A stretch of 63,542 nt of DNA, counting the filler, from Olpidium bornovanus S191 (Eukaryota; Fungi; Olpidiomycota): NCBI GenBank assembly GCA_017911155.1. It is 28 parts of 28 records of this genome, joined end to end, with 100 filler letters (N's around TTAATTAATTAA, not from the genome) between each part and the next. Parts side by side here need not be neighbours in the genome. Positions count along the whole stretch, not along the records: positions 10,927 to 12,316 come from JAEFCI010001766.1; positions 12,417 to 14,494 come from JAEFCI010002006.1; positions 14,595 to 15,664 come from JAEFCI010012584.1; positions 15,765 to 16,804 come from JAEFCI010005899.1; positions 16,905 to 20,774 come from JAEFCI010012391.1; positions 20,875 to 22,292 come from JAEFCI010004239.1; positions 22,393 to 24,715 come from JAEFCI010002155.1; 21 more parts are not named here. One strand, given 5' to 3'. Of the stretch, positions 11,363 to 24,465 are shown piece after piece. Made by a program: the position numbers and the translations under genes. Within the stretch, counting starts at the first letter, position 1, and each line of letters opens with the position of its first letter. The notes beneath the pieces are model-generated. The model was not told the DNA's origin, searched no databases, and saw only the letters and a list, made by a program, of their open reading frames with translations.

Positions 11363-12300
11363 CTGCGTTCCGAGAATGTTCGTTGCACAGCATGCTCCTT
11401 CATGCTCCTCCTTTTTGCAATCCAAACGCAGCTTTGGAACCCAGAGATCACGCTCCTGCAAAATTTTTTTGATGCCTTTGAACATCACGACGTCCTCGCC
11501 AGCAACATTTTCGGTGCAAAAGAATGAATGTTGCACTTTTTGAGCGTTCTTGATAAACCAGCCATCACGGAATTTCCACTCCAGCTTGCTAGCCGGTTTT
11601 GGATTGAGTGTCATCCTTGATGTGACCAGGGCGTTGTTCGGGTACGCGTTGTGATTAGTGCTTTGGTCGAAACAGAGGACATCAATGCAGTTGGGATGAA
11701 GAGCCTCAAAGATTGGTAAAGCTTGTTCCTTGAGCTGCTTCACCATGTCCATACTTTTCCACCAGCCATCTTTGTTTGTCCCAGGCTGAATGATCACCCT
11801 AGCTTCTTCCGGAAGATTGCGGTTCTTGGCTTCTTCCGCCGGAAGACGGAGCGGACCATGGCATGCGCACAAGAAGTCGCTGACCATTAATGATCCTCCT
11901 TGGCCTTTCTTTCTTTATGACCGATTCTCCGTCTTCCAACCACATGGAATAAAATGTGGACTCATCATGGGTGACGAGTACGTGCTTGTTCTCCCAGATG
12001 CGCAGCTGCGGTGAGACGGTGACTTCCATGTCGTCACCAGTGTAGTCGTCCATGAGCTTCCTGTATTGGAGCATCTTCTTTGCCCAATCTTGGCAATATG
12101 CAACGACGTCTGGGCGCTCGCGACCATCAAAATAAATTTGCTGGCCAGCAATGCGCTTCTTGAAGCCCCAAAGCTTCAGGAATTTTGCGACCGTCGAGAT
12201 TGCAGTCCTGGCCTCGACACCGAACTTGTCTGGAAGGATGACCGTCTGCAATTCCCGCTGTAAATTTTCAGCGGAACGGTCTTGAGGCCGGCATGTCCGC
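11363..12300 (-). pseudogene. DDE DNA transposase (fungal Tc1/IS630-like group), frameshifted and truncated
   Basis: IYFDGRERPDVVAY...VLVTHDESTFY...IKK, frameshift, then GSLMVSDFLCACHG...NKDGWW...ALPIFEALHP...CFDQSTNH...FKGIKKILQERDLW...CCATNILGTQ. Two catalytic Asp motifs are present; the C-terminal Glu segment is missing. Confidence 0.8.
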
Positions 12301-15231
12301 AGCCATTGGACGCACCNNNNNNNNNNNNNNNNNNNNNNNNNNNNNNNNNNNNNNNNNNNNTTAATTAATTAANNNNNNNNNNNNNNNNNNNNNNNNNNNN
12401 NNNNNNNNNNNNNNNNCATGAGGGCCTCGTCGTCAAAATCCTAGCCCGAGAAACAAGAGGTTAAGAGCCACAGCGCGCAAGGGCGGCGCACTGGGAAAGA
12501 TCATACGCACTGAATGCTTGATATTTCGAAGCTTTTTCTCGGTCGTCGAAGGGATTACTGACGGCTGGGTCTCGCCCTCCTGAACGCCATGCGGATGAAG
12601 TGAGGTGTGGAAGCAACGTCAGCTTCCGGCGCGTGCACCGCAGACATTTCGACCAGGCGTAACTAATCAGAAAAGCTTCAATGCTGACAGGTTTCTGCTT
12701 CGGAGCCCTGGGCATTTTTGCCCACAGACGCGACTGCTGCAATCTTGTATGCCGGAACGGAGGGCCGTCTCGTCTCAGCGCGAGTTTTTTTTTGTTGTTC
12801 TCGGCCGTGTTTCCCTTTGCCCCGGGAAACCGCGCGGCGGGACCAGGTTTTGCACGGGAAGCTGACACGGGATGGCGATCGTCTTTTTGCCTTTTCGGCC
12901 GCGGTGGCTGAAAGGTATCGCGCGGCGGAATCGTGTCGAGGTATGAAAGGGGGGTGGGTGGAAGGTGGAGGAGGGGAGGCGAGAGAAAAGCGGGGGGGGC
13001 GGGGAGGGTTGGATCGTGTTTCTGATCCGGTTTCAAACCGCAAAGTGGCGGACGGCGCCGGCTGCGCGGAGGGCGTGAAGAGTCACGCCGAATTATGCAA
13101 GTTCGGCAATTTAAGCTCCGGGCGGAGAGCCCGCCCACGGCTCGCGCGCGTCCGGGCATCGCGCCAGCATAGCCGCAGGCGGGTGACGGCCTCTGCAGCG
13201 TCTGCCGCTGCTGGACGCCGCGCGGCGGAAACGTGGAAGAACGGGCCGCAGTCGGACGAAACGTTTCCATAATGGAGAGGCGCGTCCTTCTCTCCTCACC
13301 CTCCCCCTTTTCCCCACGCTCTCCCGGTTGGGCTCCGGCCCGATTGTAGCGCATCTTCCCGTTCTACTTCCCTGCCAGATGGTCGCGCGAACGACAAACG
13401 AGGCGCACCACGTCTTGCGTGGGGCGCTGGTGACGCGCGTAACCGGCGCCGCGCGCACGACGGACTCGATTTGGCATAATCTCTCGGCCACGAAAAGCGG
13501 TCGTAGTCCCCGCTTTTTTCCCCTCGGCCTCCGGCCAACTCGCGCCGCGTCTCGCCCGCCTTGCTCCGCCGGCTGCTTCCCACCTCCCGCCTTCCGCTGC
13601 CTGCCGGCTTTCCCCCCCCGCTCCCCCCCTTGGTCCCCATCTCCCCGCGCCTTCATCCCCAGGTCGCGGGGCAACTGACGTAACGCATAAGGAAAGGGAG
13701 GGTGGACGTTCAAACGGGCCGAACGAACGCGACGCGGACCACAATCATAGCAGGTAGTAGAGCGTTTTCCAGACTTTGCGGCTGCTTCGACTCCTGCGCA
13801 ATTCCGAGCAGCATTCTGCAAACACCCCATTTCCTCCGCTCCCCTTTAGGTCTTTGCAGTTGCAAAATCCGACGCAAGGAAACCCGACAGATTCCTGGGG
13901 CGACCAAAACCTTCATTTTGAACCGGACCGATCGATGTTTTGGCCAGCCGGCGCTTTGTCACCGGCGTTCCGCGTGACCACGTACATGTGCCGTCGCCGG
14001 GAGGAGGGAAATGGAGGGGAGGAGTGGGGTATGAGCGAGCGCGAGGTAGAGGATGCCCGGATCGGCCGTGAAGATATAGGGTGTGATTATCTGCCCGAAC
14101 GTGAAACACGTGAGGTTGCAGGCGGCGACGCGGGCAGTCTGATATATTCCATGGAGGAAAAAGTTGCCCGCAATATTCTGTCTAAGCGCCATGCCGCACG
14201 AGAGGCGCTGCATATGCGGGGTACGCGGCGGCGGCTGGAGGGACGGCGAAGTGGGAACAGAAAGCTGTCCAGGTTTTCAAAATACACAATTTCAGCCTTC
14301 CCCGTTGCCCGTACCGACGCCCCGGGCACCCATTCTGCGGAAAACGGAATCAAGGCAGCATGGATTGTGAAAACATGTCTGGGGCAGATACGGCCGGGGA
14401 GAAGCGGGAGGTCGGCGCGCGGGATCCTTGCAGCTGGTGCCAGTATCATTTCGACGTCACGTGCCGAAAGAAATGTTCGGTTTTCACGACAACANNNNNN
14501 NNNNNNNNNNNNNNNNNNNNNNNNNNNNNNNNNNNNNNTTAATTAATTAANNNNNNNNNNNNNNNNNNNNNNNNNNNNNNNNNNNNNNNNNNNNCATGCG
14601 GTTTCGCTCGTTTCGAAGGTGCGGCGAGACAGAGGGTGATCGGTGTACGGGATGGGGAAGGTGAAAGGTCAATAGAGCCTAGAGCCTTCGAGTCGCGGTT
14701 GGGATCATAACTTGTTAAATTTTGAAGCGTCCGCACAGGCTTGGGGTTTTTGTTTATTGTGTTGTTCCGACAAAAAATGGGGGTTAGCTTCAGAAGGTAC
14801 GGATACTACATCGGAGCAAGCGTGGTCACGTATACTGATTTAATACTTCATTTCCTGGCCCATTTGCTAGAAGCCGGAAAACAAGCGAAAATGCGGGCGA
14901 GCACAAGGAAGACCAGCATCTTTGAGGGAGCCGAGCACGCGTGCCCCTTTGGACGCGAAAGACGTTTCTCTCGTTCCCCGCGTCGGGGGAAGATGCCGAC
15001 GCGGTATGTGGCGACGTCTCGCGTCTCCTTTCCGTCGGCCGGCAAGCGTGGCCTCGCCCTGTTCGCGCCCGGAGCGGATGGAGCTCTCTTAGCGGTCCAC
15101 TGCGGCTCCCGTCTTCGACCAACACAGTAGCGCCGGATCGGAGCCCGCTAAATTTCTCTGCCTGTATCAAAAAAAAAATCACATTGCGTTCAAGTAACAT
15201 TTTCAGAGAATTACTTTCTAGAATAAAAAAT

Positions 15232-15305
15232 TGAGCGATGGAGGACTTGACCCTCCGACCCCCTGGTTCGTAGCCAGATGCTCTATCCGACTGAGCTAAA
15301 CGCCC
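15232..15305 (-). tRNA. trnR-ACG: tRNA-Arg(ACG), bacterial/organelle-type sequence, slightly degenerate
   Basis: Minus strand GGGCGTT TA GCTC AGTCGGATA GAGC A TCTGG CTACGAA CCAGG GGGTC GGAGG GTCAAGT CCTCC ATCGCTC A folds as a cloverleaf. One U-U mismatch in the acceptor stem and G in place of T54. No intron, no encoded CCA, followed by ATTTTTT. Confidence 0.85.
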
Positions 15306-16097
15306 TTTTTCTTCTAAAGATTTCTAAAAACTCCGCTTTACAAACCTTTAAAATAGTTTTTCTGGTTACTACTGTATCGGTATCGACGAGCTTTCGTGGA
15401 AGTAGGTAGGCAGTTGAGGCAGACGACGCCGGGCTTTGTAAGTCTTTTTCCAACTTAATAACGTTAAAAACTAATTCCGTTCCTCGACTCCACTTCTAGG
15501 CCTTTCCGTTTCCGCTCACTCCTCTCTTTGCCTTCAGCTTTTCCGAACCCGCTCTTCTTGTTCTATCTTCTCTTTTCGTGATCGCCGTCCTAAGCGCTTT
15601 CTCGCCCTGTTCGACGTCCGGTTCACCGTGGGGAAGCTCCTCGGGGGGGGGGGGGGAAAACGACNNNNNNNNNNNNNNNNNNNNNNNNNNNNNNNNNNNN
15701 NNNNNNNNTTAATTAATTAANNNNNNNNNNNNNNNNNNNNNNNNNNNNNNNNNNNNNNNNNNNNCCACCAAATGACGCGAAAGGGCTGCAGTTTTGCGAC
15801 CATCCTGGCCCCGAGAAGGTAACGTCCGTTCTTGAGACGGGGCGACAATGAAAGTCGCCGGACAATCTCGTCCGTTTTTCGGTTCGGCTGCGGCGCACGC
15901 GCAACATTCCCCGCAGCCCGAACCATTTTTTTTTTTTTTTTTGCAGGCACATTCTAGGCGCGTCCCGCGCACTCGCGGATCGCGGGGCGGCCTGATGCGT
16001 CGCGGCTTACGCCGCGGGCGCGGCGTAACGCGCGCGGACGGCGGGGCTGCTTATCGTGAAGTTTTGCGATGCGTTTTGACGGCCGGCAACCGTTTAC

Positions 16098-16551
16098 AGA
16101 GAAGCTGGCCTGGCCACATTTTGCCCCGGGGCGAGGGCTTTTGTATAGGACGTTGATGTCGCGAAGTGTGGTGAAAATATATCTGAGAGTGTGTGAGCCA
16201 TCTGCGCGGTGCGGCGGCGTCCGTCGTTTGACGGATGGCGCTGCCGCCACATCGGCCCTCCGTAAGCGACCGGCGGGGGGACATGCACAAAACGCAAAAT
16301 TTGCACCAGGGATGGGTAATATCAGATCCGGTAATTCAAAACAAAACACATCACTTTCTTAATATTCGACCATTTCTAACGCCCTTTGGCCGGCATGTTG
16401 TGGCTTTGATACTCCTCGTGGATCCCGCAAGAAAAAATAGAGAAAACGTATTTGATTTTATAATAAACAGACGGCGCACATTGCTCGATAAGTGAATGTG
16501 CTGCCGCGCAACCTTCAAAGCGACATCTGCTTTGGCGTTGACTGTTGCCAT
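16098..16551 (-). CDS. Possible spliced fragments of an unidentified gene
   Basis: Two exons splice in phase (…GRILRK-YIFTTLRDINVLYKSPRPG…); the link to the upstream ATG exon is unresolved. Confidence 0.2.
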
Positions 16552-17908
16552 GTTACTACGTACGCGTTTTTTATTTACAATTGAAACAGAGCGCAACGCA
16601 AATCCGTTTATCCCGCAAAGAAAAACGCTGATAACCTGAATATTTCCAAAAAAAAAAAAAAACTAAAAACACAAAAAAGCGAATCATGAAAATCGTGGCG
16701 AATCCGGCGAATCCCGGGAGTCCCGAAAATGAGGGGAAAAAAGAAAATTGCCGATCACGCGAATCCCGAAAACGACGCAAATCCCGGGAGGGCAATGAAG
16801 AAAANNNNNNNNNNNNNNNNNNNNNNNNNNNNNNNNNNNNNNNNNNNNTTAATTAATTAANNNNNNNNNNNNNNNNNNNNNNNNNNNNNNNNNNNNNNNN
16901 NNNNCATGGAAATGCTGCTGAACTTGGACCTGTACACTAGGTCAGCGTAGACATAGGCGTCCACTTTATTGACCCCCGGCAAAGTCTATCGTAGCCCCGG
17001 ACCCCGAGCTCTTTTTGGATTCCTTGAGGATGACGAGCATCTTCGAGCCGAGGAAGGTAGGTCAGAGGCGTCGAGGCGAGCTCATAACCGATGGTTTACG
17101 TTGGTATGTTTTGTACCTTGCGCCGAGAGTTTCCTCTCATTTGCCTGACGGCGAATTCTAGAAGACGGAAAACGTCACGTGACCTGACGTCGTCAAGTAC
17201 AGCTTGAAGTGTACGGCCATTTACGGTATTTCAAATAACTGCCCTCGATTGTTGACACGGCGGTTCGCAACACACTCTGGTGCGGTGCGCCACAGCTGTC
17301 AACATAACCTAATTGGTGTGTCAAGCGAGTAGCCAGCTGTGTGTGCCATTGACCAAACGAAAATCCCATTTATTCTCCCCTTCTGGATTCCTCGCCGCAT
17401 CCAATCTGCATGTATAAATGAATACAGCTCTGCAAGCCCTTTCCCATACCAGGCTTCGACTGCACTAGAAGCATCTCTGGTGCCGCCTTTCACCCACACC
17501 GTTTTTATTGCCGTTGTCAGGCACTTGTTGATCTGGACTGAGGTACCAAATTCGGGCAAAGCCTGTTTTGATCGTTAGAAGGCGTGGTTGCACGGTGGTC
17601 TTTGCAACTGTGTCACACGAGCTCATCTCACGATCACAGACATGTTAATCTGCAGCAGCCTCGGACGGTGCCACGGCGGAAAATCGCCTCCAGTGTCACA
17701 GTCAAACCCATTCTCGTTCGAAAGCCAGCAGCAGCAGAGGCCAAGGAACTGCGGGTGCTGGGTGTCTGGTATTACGCCGGCGGCTTGATTTACGTTTTGC
17801 ATGCAACTTTCGGGTTGATTTGGTGGGGAACAACCGTCTCCCCCGCCTTCGCCTGCCCCGCAACAAACTGCACAACCACAGACACACTCGGGAAGAAGCC
17901 CAACCGCA

Positions 17909-20489
17909 ATGTCTTCCGCCGCCTCCGACCTCCACCTCCACCACCACCACCAGCAGCAGAAGCAGCAGCATCCCGACGGCCTCGCGGCACTGCCCTCGCT
18001 GCTGCTGCGCCTCGAAGCCGCCGCGGCAAAGTTTGAGGAGCTAGCCGCCGCCCGCCTCTCCGGAGGAGGAGGTGGTGGAGCGCCGGCGCACTCCGCCGCA
18101 ATTCCCCACGACCGCTGCCAGCAGCAGCAGCAGCAGCCCGCCGCTCTGACCGCCTACGACGACCTCCTGACTGGACCACTGAAGACGTTTCGGGACCTGT
18201 CCGACAAGATCGGAGATGCCGTCAAGGAACAGGTGAGCCCGCCGCAGGGAGGGAAAGGAGAGATTCGTTCCGAGACCTGGTTCTCCAGCCGTGTGTGCTG
18301 CCGCCGGAGAGGGATTCCGCCGCCGTATTGTCCCTTCCCTTTCCTCCTCCTTCCCCTTCCCCTTGCCTTTCCCTTTTCTCCGCCAGAACCGCAATTAATT
18401 TTCCCTTTTTTTTCGTTATGCCTTGCGCGAATCCCTCTCTCCGATGCGCCTACCAGGCGCAAGCAGTCGACCGCACTTGCCAGCAGCTGCGCCGCGTCAT
18501 CGAAATCGCCGGGCGCTCGCGGAAGCCCGACATCGCCTCAGCCGAGTTCGGCGAGCTTCTCGAACTCGTTTCGCGAGAATCCCGCGAAGCCTACCAGTTT
18601 TGCGAATCTCACCGCCTAACCCCTCAAGCTAACCACGTCCGCACGGTCGCGGAAGGCATTTCTGCTCTGGGATGGATCGCCGTGGTAAGCTCGGGGAGGA
18701 AGGAAGGGGAGAAGAGGGGGAGGGGAAAGGAGGGAGGAAGGGAGGAGGCGGGGTGGAGGAGCGAAAGAGCGGACAGGGAGAAGACGGGGAGGAGACGAAG
18801 AGGCAAGGAGGAGGAGACGAGGAGGCAGGGAGGAGGAGACGAGGAGGCAGGGAGCAGGGGACGAGGAGGTTAGGAGGAAAGCGGAAGTCTGCACACGTCA
18901 GGGCGGCTCCCATCGCCTCCCTGAACTCCCTCCGCCGTGCCTGATTTCCGGTCTGCAACCACCTGCATCCCACAGGAACAAAAGCCTTCCTCGTTTGTCG
19001 GTGAGATGCGCGATGCTGCGCAGTTCTACGCCAACCGCGTCATGAAGGAGTACAAAGAGAAGTGAGTTTACGGGGGAGGGAAGTGGGGGGGGGAGTGGGG
19101 CAGGGCGCAGTCGCAAGGAGTGCCTCTCCTGCCCTCGCTCCCGCCCCATCGCACGTTTCGCGAAATCTTTTTCGCCCTCACCATGCCCCGTCTCTTGATC
19201 AGAGACCTCAATCACGTCGAATGGGCGAAATCGTACATCGCCCTGCTTTCCGACTTGCAGGCGTACGTCAGGGCCCATCACACTGCGGGGCTCGTGTGGA
19301 ACGCGCAAGGCGCCGACCTCAGGTCCAACCTCTCCCAGCCCCAGGGTACGCGATCGGCACTCCCGACTCCGGGCGCAGTCGCCGCGACACCGCCCAAGGT
19401 CGCAGCCATTAGCTCGCTGTTCGGCGAGCTGAACCGTGGAAGCGATGTCACTGGCCACCTCAAGCACGTCGACAAGAACCAGATGACTCACAAGAACCCG
19501 GAACTGCGCGCCGGCTCGGTGGTGAAGGCTGACGGTGAGTGCGTGCCGACGCTCTTGGGCGTCTAACACGCCTGCTCCTGCGCGGTGTATTTCAAACTCG
19601 AGAATTGAACGGGACTGCGGCCCCGCGTCTTGCTGGCCAACGGCGGCCATTGCTAGCGCATGCCCGCTCTCCACTCTCTGGCGAACGTCTAAACCAAACT
19701 TCTTTCCGATTCCTTTCCGGATACGCTTAAGTTGCGAAGCCCGCTGCCGCACAATCCCCAGTGAAGGCTGCACCCAAGCTCCCGCCGCGGACCTGCCTGG
19801 AGGGCAACAAGTGGATCGTGGTGGGCACCCTCACAGCGTTTTTTTTTTGGGAAGGCCGCGCGTGAACGGACTGGGCAAAGCGGCCTTGCCGGACGCTGAG
19901 CTGTCGGATTGTGTCATGCGCGGGAACACACGTTTTCGCTGGGAGCACAGGAGAACCACGTGAATGCAGAGGTCGTCATCAACGACACGGAGCTCAAGCA
20001 CGTTGTGTACGTATACGGGTGCACGGGGACGACCATCCGTATAAAGGGCAAGGTTAATACGGTTTCCATTGGTACGTAACATACCGCCGCCTCCTCCGCC
20101 TGGTTCCTTGCTGCCGCTCGCGGACGACCAGTTGACGGCAATTTTCTGTCTTTCCCGCGGCAGACAACTGCAGGAAGACCGGTGTCGTCCTGGAGTCGAC
20201 GGTTGCGGGGGTGGACCTTGTCAACTGCAAGTCGGCGCAGCTGCAGATTCTGGGCGTGACGCCCACGGTGAGCGTCGACAAGACGGACGGATGTCAGGTC
20301 TTCATGAGCGCCGAGTGTGTCCGGCAGAATATGGAGTTATTAACCGCCAAGTCGTCAGAGGTCAATCTGTCCTTCCCGGAGTCCGACGCGCCGGGCAGCG
20401 AGTTTGTCGAGCGCGCCGTGCCTGAGCAGTTCAAGACCGTTATCGTCGACGGCAAACGACAGACCGTCTGCGTCGAGCACAAGGGGTGA
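17909..20489 (+). CDS. SRV2: Adenylyl cyclase-associated protein (CAP/Srv2), complete; exons 17909-18232, 18457-18684, 18976-19061, 19203-19534, 19732-19820, 19951-20071, 20164-20489
   Basis: RLE motif (LLLRLEAAAAKFE), helical domain (EGISALGWI, AAQFYANRVMKEYKE, GLVWN), WH2 (SLFGELNRGSDVTGHLKHVDKNQMTHKNPELR) and CARP domain (EGNKWIVENH...ERAVPEQFKT...EHKG*). All introns in phase. Confidence 0.97.
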
Positions 20490-20625
20490 ACGGGGTTAGG
20501 GTTCGGAGAGCTGCGGAAAACGAGAAGTCGAAGGATTCTTTCTGCCCGCCCGTTCGTCCTTAGTCGTCTTTCCTAGTTTCTGCACTCCCTCGCGTCCACA
20601 CCTCGTTTTTCTCCTTCTGGCCCCT

Positions 20626-20683
<58 letters not shown>

Positions 20684-20708
20684 CCCGGGGGGGGGGGGGG
20701 GGGGGGGG

Positions 20709-20740
<32 letters not shown>

Positions 20741-20875
20741 CGGGGGGGGCGGGGGGCGGGGGGGGGGGGCACGGNNNNNNNNNNNNNNNNNNNNNNNNNN
20801 NNNNNNNNNNNNNNNNNNTTAATTAATTAANNNNNNNNNNNNNNNNNNNNNNNNNNNNNNNNNNNNNNNNNNNNC

Positions 20876-21367
<492 letters not shown>

Positions 21368-21729
21368 AGGAAAACAGGGAGTGCAACACGTGGCGAAACG
21401 TTTTGATGAACCGGTCGGGAGCGGCTTCGGAGACTGAACTTGCTTGAATCGTTTCCCCACTTTGGTTTATCAATTTTCTGAGCAGTTTTGCTCAAACGCT
21501 TTTTTGGGCTGTTGGCAATCTGACTCGTGCCTTCTTCGGACGCGATACTATTCCGGGTTTGCGTTTGGAAGACATCTAACCGAGAGTAGATTTTTTTTTT
21601 TTTGGTCGGCCATCACTCGGGATCGAGATCCCCGCCGCGTGATAACTCGAATCCGCCAGCCCTGTCCATGGCACGCCACGCTGACGGAGAGTTACACGCG
21701 GTCGCGGTCCGTCACGGGGGGAAAGGGGG

Positions 21730-21776
<47 letters not shown>

Positions 21777-22173
21777 CGCGCCTTTTCCACGTACGCGAGT
21801 CCATCGCGCACAGTAGAACCTAACTCTGTAACGACCGCGGCGTCCGTGTTTAGCCCAACGAGTAGGCGCGAGCCGAGTTGTTCGCGGGCGGGCCCGAACC
21901 GCGGGTCGGTTTGCGCCTAGGAAGCACCGGCCGGGATCTTTTTCCTTTCTAGCCTCGCGCGCCGGCCGCGGAACACGCGTTTTGTGCGCGGTATGAGGAA
22001 CCGCTCAACTTTTGCAACCCGCCGCGACTCTTGCCGCCCCCCTTCCCTCCCCGCCCTGGTTCACGGAAAAGACACGCCGCGCGACGACGGTGACGTCGCT
22101 GTAGCCCGCTCAACTGCCCGCAGGTGCGTGTGGCCGACCGGTTTCCACCACCGTGAAGGCGTCGGCTTTCGCG

Positions 22174-22211
<38 letters not shown>

Positions 22212-22392
22212 GGAAAGTTTCCCCCCCAGAGCCTTTTTTTCCCCAAGGGCCCCCGGCCCCGGGGGCCCCCCCGCCCCCCCCCAAAACCGGGGNNNNNNNN
22301 NNNNNNNNNNNNNNNNNNNNNNNNNNNNNNNNNNNNTTAATTAATTAANNNNNNNNNNNNNNNNNNNNNNNNNNNNNNNNNNNNNNNNNNNN

Positions 22393-22884
22393 ATATGGCC
22401 ATTCTATAGCCCCTTTATTGAATGTGGGAACGCCACCACGAGGCCCGAGCGTTGCTACGACTCCACCTTGATTCCTAACACACTTCCTCAATGCGAGGGC
22501 TCAAATACCCATGGATCAGGCAAAACTTGCCCTTAATTAGAATTCACGTCTGGGCGTGCCTTGATGTGTCTTTTCGCTCGTGCGCTGATCTTCTCGCGAA
22601 ACTTCTCAATTCTGACCTTGTCTAAGGGCTTGGTCATCATGTCGGCGGGGTTTTCAATTGTGGGGCGTGCCAAATATCCATTATCCCTTCTACGGTGCAC
22701 CGTCGCAACTGGTGATGCTGATATCAATGTGCTTTCTGCTTGACACGCGCATGTCCGAAGCTAGCTCAATGGCGCCGGTGTCGTCGATATTTTCGCGCCG
22801 TTGGGGCGCGTCGGCGGCGGCCGGGTCTTCCAAGGCCATCAGTATGAATGGGCGTAACCATTTGGACCTCCCGGGCAGTCGCAT
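22393..22884 (-). mobile_element. Ty1/copia relic: degenerate RNase H, polypurine tract and start of 3' LTR
   Basis: With frameshifts it reads KWLR...IDDTGAIELAS...RKHIDI...PTIENPADMMTKPLDKVRIEKFREK (copia DN.SAI / KHIDI / ADI.TKPL motifs). Then TTGAGGAAG-TG-TGTTAGGAAT, a PPT/LTR junction near 22480. Confidence 0.75.
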
Positions 22885-23596
22885 ATTTCAGTTGCAGTTC
22901 CGCTTCGGACGTTGATGTTGCGACGCACGGTTGGCCTGGACGATTTGCATCAGATCGGCATTATAGAATATAACAAAAAACGGCCGTGGATGCCCGTGGT
23001 CTGCCTGCAGCCGGGCCCAACCCGCGTCGCAAAAAAAAGGCGCAAAAATGGATTCCCCCCCCCCCTTCCCCGCCAGGCTTCAGGACGAGAACGACAGAGG
23101 ATTCCTACAGAAAGGATGCCACAAAGCGTTTGAAAGGCAGCGGGGGCATTTCTCAATTGGTGAGAACAGAAAAGCGGCCCATCTCAAAAACTGGGCAAAC
23201 CCTGGCGCCGTTTCTGAAGGAGCAAAGCTCACCGACGTGTGGCCTGAGTCTGAATCCTCCTGGCTGATGTTGGGGTGTGATCTGTTTAGAACAGGCTGGC
23301 TACGGATCGCAGCGCGTTTCCGAAGACTTGGTACATCTGAAGCATCTGACCAGTGCCCGGTTCGGCCCGCCGGGGGGCCGATATTTGGAATCCGGCGGTC
23401 CTCCCCAACGCCGTGCGCCGTCAGGCCCGGACCATCATCCAACCCACAATAACGCAGCGTGCTCACCCTCCTGACCATTGTCGCGCGTGTGGGGCGCGGC
23501 GCGTCGTCCTCGTTCGGCCTTGGCGCGCTGGCCGGGGCGGCGTGTTGATGGTTGTCCCGCCTGCGCGCTGTATTCCGCACGTGATTTGCCAGGGTT

Positions 23597-23634
<38 letters not shown>

Positions 23635-24390
23635 AAGGGCCGGGGTTCACCCGCCGCCGCGCCCATCGCGTTGGGCTCACGTAAACAAACCTGTCGCGTT
23701 CGAGCCGCGACGCCAGCCGGGGTGCGCAGGACGCGGCGAGACAAGGACTTTTCGAAGACGGAGAATGCTGCACATTTTTCAAAGGAGAAAGGGGGCCGGA
23801 AGATTCCGACGGCGGGGCTATCTGGGGTTTTTCTCTCGGGGGGGGGGGGGGGGGGGGGGGGGGGCGGGGGGGGGGGTGGGCGGGGGGGGGGGGGGGGGGG
23901 GGGGGGGGGGCGGGGGGGGGGGGGGGGGGCCAGAGAGAAAAGACGCACGGTAGCGGGGAGGAACTGTGCGAGAACACTGGTTGCAGGAGCACAAACTTTT
24001 TGTGAAAGGAAAGACTAAAGTGGGTGGGGGGGGGGGGGGAACTCGGGGCCAAAGTGGGCTCAAAGGACCGTGGGGCAGCAGCTTAAAGGCCTGAGGCAGC
24101 TTCTGCGGCTGGCTGACCGACCGAGGCGGTTGGGCGGCGCGGCAAGCGGGCGAGCTGGGATATGGGCGGGCCCGGCGCGAAGGCGAAGCGAAATAACGCC
24201 TTTCCCGAAGCGGGTTCCCCTCCTCCCGCGCACTTTCCCCCCCGCCCCTTTTACCTCTCCTTTTACCCCTCCTTTTACCCCCCCCCCCCCCCCCCTCCTC
24301 CCCCCCTCCCCCCCCCCCCCCCCCCCCCCCCCCTCCCCCCCCCCCCCCGTCCCCCCCCCCTTTTCCCCCCCTTTTCCCCCCCCCCCCCCT

Positions 24391-24465
24391 CTTTAAACCC
24401 CCCCTTTAAAGCCCCCCTTTAAACCCCCCCTTTAAACCCCCCCTTTCAACCCCCCCTTTAACGCC
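24391..24465. repeat. About 6 copies of a TTTAAA-C6/7 tandem repeat
   Basis: Directly visible, e.g. ctttaaacccccccttt aaagcccccctttaaacccccccttt. Confidence 0.85.

Noticed and set aside
12417-14494. Coding potential on this contig
   Set aside because: Scattered exon-like pieces on the minus strand, but no consistent model or homology could be supported.
16905-17600. Minus-strand exon-like segments upstream of CAP (possible recombinase-like text)
   Set aside because: No catalytic motifs and inconsistent frames.
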